From assembly GCA_964007735.1 (NCBI GenBank), contig CAXGAI010000025.1, positions 1 to 62,050 on the forward strand: a DNA stretch of 62,050 nt. Direction: 5' to 3'. This stretch comes from an uncultured Rhodopirellula sp. (GTDB lineage Bacteria > Planctomycetota > Planctomycetia > Pirellulales > Pirellulaceae). Below are positions 9,761 through 18,237 of the stretch, in pieces; the stretch's first letter is position 1; each line of letters begins with the position of its first letter. Both the position numbers and the translations under genes were made by a program. Below the pieces are notes generated by a model. It did no database searches and was not told the DNA's origin. It saw only the letters and a list, made by a program, of their open reading frames with translations.

Positions 9761-9879
9761 GGAGGCGTTGACCCTATTTAAATATGCCTTGCTATCAGTG
9801 TTGTTTTTGTTCTTCCAGTATATCGCGTCCGGAGACTATTTTCAGGGTATTACCGTAGGAACCAATTGATGATTGTCGA

Positions 9880-9885
9880 TATAAT
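9880..9885 (+). promoter_or_regulatory. Candidate -10 element (TATAAT) for the DUF1501 gene at 9926
   Basis: Perfect TATAAT 40 nt upstream of the ATG, in a divergent intergenic region. Confidence 0.4.
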
Positions 9886-9925
9886 AGAGAGAGGACAATG
9901 TTAGGAATCACAGAGCAGAAGTAAG

Positions 9926-11281
9926 ATGCATACGCACACAAAAGGTTTGACACGTCGCGAAGTGTTGCAGGTGGGATATTCCGGGGCGCTTGGGCTGGGG
10001 TTACCTTCCCTGCTACGACAACGCGCGTCGGCAGCAGATTCTGAGTCGGGAGTCCAGCGTCAGGAGAGTGGCAAGAAGATGATTCTTGTCTGGACAACTG
10101 GAGCAATGAGTCATCATGATACTCTGGATATGAAGCCCGACGCGCCGGCAGAAATTCGAGGACAGTTTAATCCTATTCAAACTAAGATTCCCGGCTATCT
10201 AATGTGTGAGCACATGCCGGAGCTGACGAAGATCGCCGATAAATTCTCTGTGGTTCGAAGCTTTACTCATAAAGATAATAATCACCTGATGTCGACTCAC
10301 CATGTGCTGACCGGGCAATTCCAGCCGGGAGCATTTTTTGATAAGATCGCGTCCCGAACCGACTGGCCAAATTATTCCGGAGCTTATGACTATTTTAATC
10401 CACGAAACGACGGGATCCCAAATGGCGTCAACCTGCCAACCTACATGCAGCAACCTCCACTGTTGTGGCCGGGCCAATATGCGGGCTTGTTGGGGGCCAA
10501 GCATGATCCCTGGCAGATTACGGCTGACCCGAATAAGGACGACTTTAAGGTTGATAGTCTGACACTTGCCGCCGGATTAGATATACAACGCGTTACTGAC
10601 AGGCAGTCTCTTTTGACGGACCTCAATAAGCAGCAGCTCCGACTCGAACGGTCGGCGGTAGGCAACCGTATGAAGAGTGAGCAGGAAGAAGCTTATAATA
10701 TTCTGACTAGTCGAAAACTCGCGAATGCTTTTCAGGTGCAGCAGGAATCCAGCGAGGTTCGGGAACGTTATGGGCGCCATACGACCGGTCAATCCCTGTT
10801 ATTAGCCCGCAGACTTGTAGAGGTGGGTGTGCCCGTTGTTCAGGTTAATATTGGGAACGCTCAAAATTGGGATAATCACAACAATATCTTCCCGACGCTT
10901 AAAGACCGCCTGCTTCCTCCAGTTGACAAAGGGCTAGCGGCGCTGCTTCAGGATTTGGAGGAACGCGGAATGCTGGAAGATACCTTTGTCGTGCTTATCG
11001 GTGAGTTTGGTAGAACCCCCAAAATAAACGATAAAGCCGGACGTGATCATTGGGGCCCCTGCTTTAGCGCCTTGTTTGCCGGAGGCGGTGTACAGGGCGG
11101 TCGGGTAATTGGTGAATCGGACCCTCATGGTGGTTATCCGGTTAAGAAGCCGTTTTCACCGGAAGATTTCGGTGCAACCGTCTATTCGGTTCTCGGAATT
11201 GATCCTGCCAGTGAGATTCGGGATCGATTTGATCGACCCCTCCGATTGAATTCCGGTTCGGTAATTTCTGAACTGTTCTAG
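9926..11281 (+). CDS. DUF1501 domain protein, Tat substrate
   Basis: LTRREVLQ Tat signal; GAMSHHDTLDMKP, WDNH, GEFGRTPKIN, GRDHW. Confidence 0.92.
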   Translation: MHTHTKGLTRREVLQVGYSGALGLGLPSLLRQRASAADSESGVQRQESGKKMILVWTTGAMSHHDTLDMKPDAPAEIRGQFNPIQTKIPGYLMCEHMPELTKIADKFSVVRSFTHKDNNHLMSTHHVLTGQFQPGAFFDKIASRTDWPNYSGAYDYFNPRNDGIPNGVNLPTYMQQPPLLWPGQYAGLLGAKHDPWQITADPNKDDFKVDSLTLAAGLDIQRVTDRQSLLTDLNKQQLRLERSAVGNRMKSEQEEAYNILTSRKLANAFQVQQESSEVRERYGRHTTGQSLLLARRLVEVGVPVVQVNIGNAQNWDNHNNIFPTLKDRLLPPVDKGLAALLQDLEERGMLEDTFVVLIGEFGRTPKINDKAGRDHWGPCFSALFAGGGVQGGRVIGESDPHGGYPVKKPFSPEDFGATVYSVLGIDPASEIRDRFDRPLRLNSGSVISELF

Positions 11282-11362
11282 ACCGAATCTCAGAACTGCG
11301 AGGCTCACCAAGTTTGTTTTTGGGCATTTGCTTGTTCATGAGAAGAATGCAGGGCCCAAGAA

Positions 11363-13546
11363 CTAAGCAAAGATATTTAGCGGGGTGCCATCACACATGA
11401 TCAGCGGGCGGTCTTCAGCATCGTGAATCTGAAAACCTGCCGGGATTCCTAAGGCATGAAATATTGTGGCGTGGATATCGGCTGGTGAGCACCCTAACTC
11501 TGCCGGCTCAGACGCGGTAGAGTCTGACTTCCCGTAAGCTCGTCCTCTTTGGACCCCAGCCCCTGCAAACGCGACTGTGTAGCAACTAGGGAAGTGATCC
11601 CGACCTGCCCCTGCATTGATCCGGGGGGTTCGCCCAAACTCAGTTAGGAACACAACAAGTGTATCTTCGATTCGTCCACTCTCAATGAGATCGGTCATTA
11701 AGGCGTGTGCTGCATGATCCCAGGGAGGGAGCAGGTCATCTTTAAGGCGATTAAAGTTGTTTCCATGGGTATCCCAATTGTCACCTGAAGCACCGTTGAG
11801 GTCGCCAACCCCCGCATTAACAAATACCAGTGGAACACCAGCATCCGTTAAACGGCGTGCTAGCATGATACTTTTGCCTGCAACATGCTCCCCGTATAAA
11901 CTCCGTACGGATTTAGGTTCGCGCCCCAGTTCAAAGGCCCCTTGTACTTCGGGTGATAGCATCATGTTGAATGCTAATTCCTGTGATGCTTCGGTAAGGG
12001 CGGGACCGGATTCCTGGCCCTCCCATCTCAAATCCTTGTTGAGGTCGCTTAGTAAGAGCGAACGCGTGGCGATTCGTCGCCGTGTGACCCCCTGAGGAGA
12101 CAGGTTAATCGTCCCGGCTAAAGGAGATTTTCCTTTGAACTTGGTTCCTTCACCCGGATGCACGAAAACAGGGTCGTACTCCAATCCCAGAAATCCCCCG
12201 TATTGCCCATTGAGCAACCCTCGGTCTGCCAGAGGGTACGGAAGGCTGATGCAACGCGGTAAATTAGCAGCAAGAGATTCGTTAACTTCCTGTTCTTCCA
12301 GTTCAGTCTCTTCCTTCGCTTGGGGTAAAGCTGGAAGCTTTCCTTCGACTTCGATAAGGGTGGGTTCAGTAAAAACCAGATCATCATAGAACGTGGAACT
12401 GTCTCCATTCAGCAGGGCCATGGTTACGAAGCGGGCTCCTTCATGGATGGGAGCTTCAAGCAGGATGGAAGGGTCATCGCGAACGAGAAGTTTACTGATA
12501 CAGGCAAGTTTTCCATCGACCCAGATACCACCTGTACCAGCTGCTGTGGGGTGTACGCCGGGATTTCCACAAACCCCAAAACGAGTCCGAAGCACAAATT
12601 CACGGTTTGTACCGTTAAAGTGCTTCTTGCGAATTTCCTCGACATTAAAGGTGATAAATTTATTGGCGTGGCAACCAAAACCAGCACGAGGCTCATTAGG
12701 ACCTCCATCACCGATGAGCCATAGATTGCCCCCACGACCATGTGTGTCACAGCCCCAGTCGCCAGCGGTCCCGTCGCCAGACACATCGTTAGAAAAATCG
12801 ATGCGTAATCCATCGGCGGAACGCGTGATAGGGCACTTTCGAGCACTAACCTGGCTGATCATCCCGATCAATTCGACGGTTGAATCGTTAGAATAACCGT
12901 CTTGAGCATTAAATGTTCCACATTGATAATGTCCCGGGGTTAGGACGTCAGTACTCAAGCTGATCGAGTGGTGGTTTTTGAGTTTGCTCCAATCCAGAAC
13001 TGGCGCGGTGGGAGAATCTTCGAGATCTTCAGGTCTAATTCTGGATAACGAGGGCTTGTTGGAATAGCGATGATCGTCCTTCATTGCGATAGCAACCTGA
13101 GCTCCAATGCTCGGCCAGTCTTTTCGGGATGGCAGAACCGGCGCTGCAACGCCACCACCGACTTCGACCGGCGCATGGCCTGTGATGTTCCAGTAGGCAG
13201 CTTTGCGATGATCGCCAGCGGTATGGTGTACACTGCGAACGACCGTCAGTTCGTGAAGCATCTGAGACATCTTAGGCAAATGTTCGCACACTTTAGTTCC
13301 CGGGATCGACGTGGAAATACGGCTAAATGAACCACGTATTTCTGCCCCCGCTTCCGGTTTCATATCAAAGGTATCGATATGACTCATGCCTCCCCAGGTA
13401 AACATGACGATCACATTTTTGGCTTTTCCAAAAGCCGGCAGCGCACTTGTGGTTGCTGCCGACAACGACATGGGAGCTAGAGCCCGCATGCCGGTTACCG
13501 CCAGTCCTGAAATGCCCAGTTGTAATAACTGTCGTCTATTTGTCAT
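11363..13546 (-). CDS. DUF1501 domain protein with ~270-aa internal insertion containing an NPCBM/NEW2-like domain
   Basis: NRRQLLQ Tat signal; GGMSHIDTFDMKP, WDTH, EFGRTP, GRDHF. 727 aa versus ~440-470 aa for paralogues. Insert contains GFGCHANKFITF...IWVDGK...FYDDLVFTEPTL. Confidence 0.88.
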   Translation of the reverse strand: MTNRRQLLQLGISGLAVTGMRALAPMSLSAATTSALPAFGKAKNVIVMFTWGGMSHIDTFDMKPEAGAEIRGSFSRISTSIPGTKVCEHLPKMSQMLHELTVVRSVHHTAGDHRKAAYWNITGHAPVEVGGGVAAPVLPSRKDWPSIGAQVAIAMKDDHRYSNKPSLSRIRPEDLEDSPTAPVLDWSKLKNHHSISLSTDVLTPGHYQCGTFNAQDGYSNDSTVELIGMISQVSARKCPITRSADGLRIDFSNDVSGDGTAGDWGCDTHGRGGNLWLIGDGGPNEPRAGFGCHANKFITFNVEEIRKKHFNGTNREFVLRTRFGVCGNPGVHPTAAGTGGIWVDGKLACISKLLVRDDPSILLEAPIHEGARFVTMALLNGDSSTFYDDLVFTEPTLIEVEGKLPALPQAKEETELEEQEVNESLAANLPRCISLPYPLADRGLLNGQYGGFLGLEYDPVFVHPGEGTKFKGKSPLAGTINLSPQGVTRRRIATRSLLLSDLNKDLRWEGQESGPALTEASQELAFNMMLSPEVQGAFELGREPKSVRSLYGEHVAGKSIMLARRLTDAGVPLVFVNAGVGDLNGASGDNWDTHGNNFNRLKDDLLPPWDHAAHALMTDLIESGRIEDTLVVFLTEFGRTPRINAGAGRDHFPSCYTVAFAGAGVQRGRAYGKSDSTASEPAELGCSPADIHATIFHALGIPAGFQIHDAEDRPLIMCDGTPLNIFA

Positions 13547-13595
13547 GCTAATGGGAAGTTGTTGAGGTCGCGGATGGTTGGAGAGTCGGCCACAA

Positions 13596-14303
13596 TTATT
13601 TGCTCAGCAGGGACGCCAGCTTGGTCTCTATTGATTTTGCCCAAATCTCATAGCCCTGAGGGCTTAGGTGGAGCAGGTCCGGCATGATGCTGCGAGGCAA
13701 GGTCTGATCGTCCTCCAGAAAAGCTTCGCCAATATCCAGATAATGGATATGTTTGCCGTCATCTAGCTTAGAGAAAATCGTATTGGCACCCTGATTGACC
13801 TTGCGGCGGCCATCGTCTTTGTTAGCTCCACGAGGGAATACGGCGAGTAACAGGATTTTCGTCTTGGGTGATTTGTTGCGGATTTGCTCGACGATTTTCT
13901 GCACGCCCTCAGCTATTTCCTGAGATGAGTTGGATCCTGAATTGTTGGTGCCGATCATAATCACGGCTGCTTTCGGGTTAATGTCTTTTAAATTGCCGTT
14001 ATCCAGCCGCCAGATGACGTGCTGCGTACGGTCACCCCCGATACCAAGATTGACAGCATTTCGTTCACCGTAATACTTGGTCCAAATCTCCTTTCCATTA
14101 CCTTCCCAGCCTTGGGTGATTGAGTCACCAATGAAAACGAGGTCTACGTTGCCTTGAGCGACTCGTTTGTTAAAACTTTCATGTCTTGTCATCCAGCCAC
14201 CAGACCTGGGGACGGGCTTTAGGGCAGAATGTTCTTCCGCACGGGTTTGCTCTGTGAAAAGCAGGGTGATTAGGAGTAAGGCTGATAGCGTGATTCGAAG
14301 CAT
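13596..14303 (-). CDS. Secreted SGNH/GDSL hydrolase (PAF-acetylhydrolase IB-like acetylesterase)
   Basis: GDSIT (block I), GIGGDRT (II), IGTNN (III), PDLLH (V). Signal peptide from ATG 14303 (ORF opens at 14378). Confidence 0.9.
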   Translation of the reverse strand: MLRITLSALLLITLLFTEQTRAEEHSALKPVPRSGGWMTRHESFNKRVAQGNVDLVFIGDSITQGWEGNGKEIWTKYYGERNAVNLGIGGDRTQHVIWRLDNGNLKDINPKAAVIMIGTNNSGSNSSQEIAEGVQKIVEQIRNKSPKTKILLLAVFPRGANKDDGRRKVNQGANTIFSKLDDGKHIHYLDIGEAFLEDDQTLPRSIMPDLLHLSPQGYEIWAKSIETKLASLLSK

Positions 14304-14358
14304 GAGAAAAATTCCAATGGGGATTAAGGTAGGTGGTGGTCTCGTTAGTGAACAGAAG

Positions 14359-16809
14359 TTATTTATTGCCTTCAACAATTAACTCGAGGTCGACAGAGGT
14401 TACGACAATATGGTCAGGTTTACTATCCAATGAGCCAGTTGCTTCGAGCGTGAATGGGTAACGTCCCGGAGCCAGATTGTCGGGAATGGAGGAGGATACT
14501 TCCAAGTTCCGTTGGCCTTCCTTGAACGCGATTCCCGTAAACAACTTGCGGATTGATGGATGATCACTTTTTACGGTGACTTGCATGGCGTTGAGCATGT
14601 TGCTAGTACGTTGCATATCCAGTTTTATCGTCACATCGTCACCGGGCTTACCGGCAAGTTTTTCACTCTGGTTGTATAGCTTTGTGACGGTTGGCATGGT
14701 CCGGATCATATTTCTCTTTTCACTGACGACCAGTACATGTTGTTGCTGACCATGGGAGTCCATGAACGTTGCGTATGCCTGAGTGTAAAGTTGAGATTGG
14801 CTCTGGATGTTAATGTGCATTGTCTCCGGTAAGAAAATTGGCATCATGAAAACCGAGGTATCAGGTTGAATGACCGTCGTAACGAATTCGATCCCATCCA
14901 TATCGCGATTCTGGCGATCGCAGGTCTGGATGATGACCGGTTCATTGAATTCATCCAGGCGTTCCAGAGTCATTTGGTAAGGATAGATCGTCCCACGGTG
15001 GGCATATTGATAAGCTTCTTCGCAGTAAAGACGAAAGACCGGTTTGTGAGCAATAGTCAGTGCAATGAAATCTCGATAGGGCGATTCAATAGCTTGCTTG
15101 AAGCTGTCGACGCCGCGGTGCAATGCTCGCAATCCACGACTGAGCATTTTGCCGTCAATAAGGGCTTCACCCATAATGGTGATTTCGTGTCGTACACTGG
15201 GTTCGTCCTCAGGGAGCGTTAGTTTTAGCTTGGTCTGGGTTTGACCAGCCGAAATGACGTCATTCTCAATGAGAATACCTTCCGGTAGTCCACCAAGAGT
15301 TAATTTTACGTCACCGTTAAATCCTCCGCGGCGTTCCAGTTGGATGGGTATTTCTAACGTCGACGCCTGGATTGCGGTAATGCAGTCGCGTGTGGCTGTA
15401 AGCGAGTAATCTTCCTCGGCATGTTTGATTTCTAATTGATATGATCCCAGCCGATGGCTTGACTGGATCCCGCCAAGACTTTGTACTTCAATCCAATACT
15501 CGCCTGGGGAAGGATTGGCAAAATGATGATAGGCTTTGATCGAGTCACTTGTTGGATTTAAATTCGTTTTATGAAGCTGTTTCCCGTTGGCGTCCTTGAT
15601 ATTGAGAAGGATTAGCGAGGCAGAACTGCTTTGAGAAGCTGCATAAACAGTGAGATCGATAGGTGATTTGTCGGTAACTGTCAACCTATAGAGATCTTTG
15701 GAAAATGGCGGAATGATTCCGTTGGCTGTCTCCCCTACCTGAATGTCCACTTCCGGAATCTGTCGGTCTATGCGAGCGTTGATGACTTTGGCATCTCCGG
15801 AAAGGACACGAAGTAATGGTTTGTTTGCTAAGGAGTCATCCTGAAACGACTGGAACGTCCCTGGTTCCCCATGGAGCACGCATTCTTTATTGATCGTCAG
15901 AATGCCGCCTTCCCCGTCCATTGCTAGAAAACGAAATCTGGTACGAACCCCAGCTGGAGCCCCGGGTGGGAATGTATAAGGGGCGACAGGCTTATGAGTT
16001 AAGTTGAGACGATAGACATGCGTCGGCGAACCGTGGAATGAGACATTACCAATCTGGATGAAATAGGTTCCTGCTTCACTCGCTTTAAACGCAAATAATG
16101 GATCATCACCGAGTGAATCCTCCTGATACGCATGTTGTTTTCCCGTTGCGTCGAAGATGGCAATAGTGGGCTCAAGTTTTGACCCTAATCGTCTCGCCAG
16201 AACTTCCCCATATAATACCTGACCGGTCTGTAGTTCCACTCCGTAGTAGTCGAGATCACGTTCACCGTGAATTTGACCGTTGACGGTTACGGGGATATCG
16301 ATATGATGTGCCGCGGCGATGCTGGAATTAGATTCCTCTTCAATAAGTTCGGGTAGATCGCCGATGACAAACGGAAGCGAACCACTGCTGCCACCGGAAG
16401 CACAGAAGGTATCCCAGGTTGCCACGCCTAAAGGGGCATCTGCGGCAATCGTAATGTTGGCATCCCATTGCCGGGGGTAATTGATGGGAGTTTCGGTGGG
16501 GATTCGCCGCGGCGACGCTTGGCCGACGTCAAATACTTCTTGTGTCAGAATGCTGTTCCCTGAAACTCCTTCACCCCGAATGAAGAATTGGGTGTTCGGT
16601 GGACTCTGCTCGAGTCCAACTCGGACTTTGACAATTGTTCCGCGTTGGGCACCGGCTGGGAACAGGTGTACGCTATCGGGAGTTTTGGCAGGTACCGGCT
16701 GCGCTAATGCCTGTGTGCCAAAGGTAAATAAGATCGTGGCTAGCAAGAATAAGTTGTTAATGGGGGGCATCGTTGTCATCGATATTTTTCCCGTGCTAGC
16801 GATTTGCAT
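14359..16809 (-). CDS. Planctomycete PPC (pre-peptidase C-terminal)/Ig-like repeat protein
   Basis: LFPAGAQRGT.V.V; E.ESN...A; PVTVNGQI....D.DYY; A.RLGS.L.P; DP...F.....G.Y. ATG overlaps the upstream TAA (TAATG). No subtilase catalytic motifs. Confidence 0.75.
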   Translation of the reverse strand: MQIASTGKISMTTMPPINNLFLLATILFTFGTQALAQPVPAKTPDSVHLFPAGAQRGTIVKVRVGLEQSPPNTQFFIRGEGVSGNSILTQEVFDVGQASPRRIPTETPINYPRQWDANITIAADAPLGVATWDTFCASGGSSGSLPFVIGDLPELIEEESNSSIAAAHHIDIPVTVNGQIHGERDLDYYGVELQTGQVLYGEVLARRLGSKLEPTIAIFDATGKQHAYQEDSLGDDPLFAFKASEAGTYFIQIGNVSFHGSPTHVYRLNLTHKPVAPYTFPPGAPAGVRTRFRFLAMDGEGGILTINKECVLHGEPGTFQSFQDDSLANKPLLRVLSGDAKVINARIDRQIPEVDIQVGETANGIIPPFSKDLYRLTVTDKSPIDLTVYAASQSSSASLILLNIKDANGKQLHKTNLNPTSDSIKAYHHFANPSPGEYWIEVQSLGGIQSSHRLGSYQLEIKHAEEDYSLTATRDCITAIQASTLEIPIQLERRGGFNGDVKLTLGGLPEGILIENDVISAGQTQTKLKLTLPEDEPSVRHEITIMGEALIDGKMLSRGLRALHRGVDSFKQAIESPYRDFIALTIAHKPVFRLYCEEAYQYAHRGTIYPYQMTLERLDEFNEPVIIQTCDRQNRDMDGIEFVTTVIQPDTSVFMMPIFLPETMHINIQSQSQLYTQAYATFMDSHGQQQHVLVVSEKRNMIRTMPTVTKLYNQSEKLAGKPGDDVTIKLDMQRTSNMLNAMQVTVKSDHPSIRKLFTGIAFKEGQRNLEVSSSIPDNLAPGRYPFTLEATGSLDSKPDHIVVTSVDLELIVEGNK

Positions 16810-18119
16810 TAGCCAAACAACTCACGGACGACGTTGCCGCCATCTGCGGTTGGTACTGGCCGTCCCAGCGGAGTGTGGAGGATTTTTTTGTGGTCAATTC
16901 CAAGGCCATAAAGGATGGTGGCGACCATGTCTTCGGGAGTGATTGGTCGATCGGTGACTTCGGCCCCCTGTTTGTCGGTGGCACCAATGACGTGGCCTCC
17001 ATTAACCCCACCGCCGGCCATTACTATGGAGAATGCATTAGGCCAGTGGTCGCGACCGGCTAACGGGTTAATACGAGGTGTGCGACCAAATTCCGTGGTG
17101 ATGACTACGAGCGTTTTCTCTAGCATGCCTCGTTGTTCGAGATCGTTGAGCAAGGCCGGTACCGCCTGGTCAAAAGCGGGACAAAGCAGATCCTTGAGAC
17201 TGTAAGTGTTTTTACGATGTGTGTCCCAGTGGCCGTTTTCAACGGCTACAAAACGACTGCCTGCTTCAACCATGCGTCGAGCTAATAAACAGCATTGTCC
17301 GATACTGGTCATCCCGTAAGACTCGCGTAACTCTTCAGGCTCCTTACTGATGTCAAAGGCTTCCCTAGCCTCTTTGGATGACATCAGGTCATAGGCTTTC
17401 TCGTAGAAAGTGTCCAAAGATTGGACTTGTTTGCTGACTTTGTCAGCCTCATCTTCCAATTGATTGATTTGACGTAATGCCAATTGACGTAATTGACCCC
17501 GACGCGTTGCCACACTGGTAGGCAAGGCAATGTCACGAACTGAAAAGTCCGGAGCAGCCGGGTCCGAGTCAATTACAAACGGGCCATGAGCAGGGCCTAG
17601 AAAGGAGGGGCCGCCACTATTGAGAAAGTTGGGTAATGAGATGTAAGGTGGCAGGACGCCTGGAACGCCCAGATGAGAAACCATGCTGCCGATACTGGGG
17701 TGCTGATTATTGTTTTGGTCACCATTGAAATCACCAGCTCCGGCTTTCTTGCCGGACATCATGACATGGAATCCCCGACCATGGTCGCTATCATCATGAG
17801 TCATGCTACGCAGAATGGTCATTTTGTCCATGACCGTCGCACATTGTGGGATCACGTCGGAGATTTGGATTCCCGGAACGTTGGTACTGATCTTGTGAAA
17901 GTCCCCCCGTATTTCTGAAGGGGCGTCAGGTTTCAGGTCCCACATGTCCTGATGAGGCATCCCGCCGACAATAAACAGGAAGATACAGTTGATATCGCTG
18001 CGACTCGAATCCTCGCTTCCATAGAGATGTTGCATACGCATGATATCAGCCATGCCTAAACCCGCAATGGATCCCATGCGAATGAAATCTCGTCGATGGG
18101 GTTTGGATTTATTGAACAT
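16809..18119 (-). CDS. DUF1501 domain protein, Tat substrate
   Basis: HRRDFIR Tat signal after ATG 18119 (AGAGG RBS; ORF opens at 18200); GGMPHQDMWDLKP, WDTH, EFGRTP, GRDHW. Confidence 0.92.
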   Translation of the reverse strand: MFNKSKPHRRDFIRMGSIAGLGMADIMRMQHLYGSEDSSRSDINCIFLFIVGGMPHQDMWDLKPDAPSEIRGDFHKISTNVPGIQISDVIPQCATVMDKMTILRSMTHDDSDHGRGFHVMMSGKKAGAGDFNGDQNNNQHPSIGSMVSHLGVPGVLPPYISLPNFLNSGGPSFLGPAHGPFVIDSDPAAPDFSVRDIALPTSVATRRGQLRQLALRQINQLEDEADKVSKQVQSLDTFYEKAYDLMSSKEAREAFDISKEPEELRESYGMTSIGQCCLLARRMVEAGSRFVAVENGHWDTHRKNTYSLKDLLCPAFDQAVPALLNDLEQRGMLEKTLVVITTEFGRTPRINPLAGRDHWPNAFSIVMAGGGVNGGHVIGATDKQGAEVTDRPITPEDMVATILYGLGIDHKKILHTPLGRPVPTADGGNVVRELFG

Positions 18120-18237
18120 CTCGTAGCCTCTCTGGCTCAAATCGAATACTTGAAACGGTGTTTTTATTTTAAGTGAATCTGGCATCAAGGTCTTTAGCAA
18201 TGTTGCTATTTTGCCACTAGTGCCCTGTCTTACAAAA

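Noticed and set aside
12266..13078. Intein as explanation for the DUF1501 insertion
   Set aside because: No Cys/Ser start with a His-Asn-[CST] end and no LAGLIDADG motif; the insert has linkers and NPCBM-like motifs.
13596..14303. Eukaryote-derived PAF acetylhydrolase
   Set aside because: This SGNH subfamily is widespread in bacteria; there is no evidence of transfer.
14359..16809. Subtilase/serine protease annotation for the PPC protein
   Set aside because: No DTG, HGT or GTSMA catalytic motifs.
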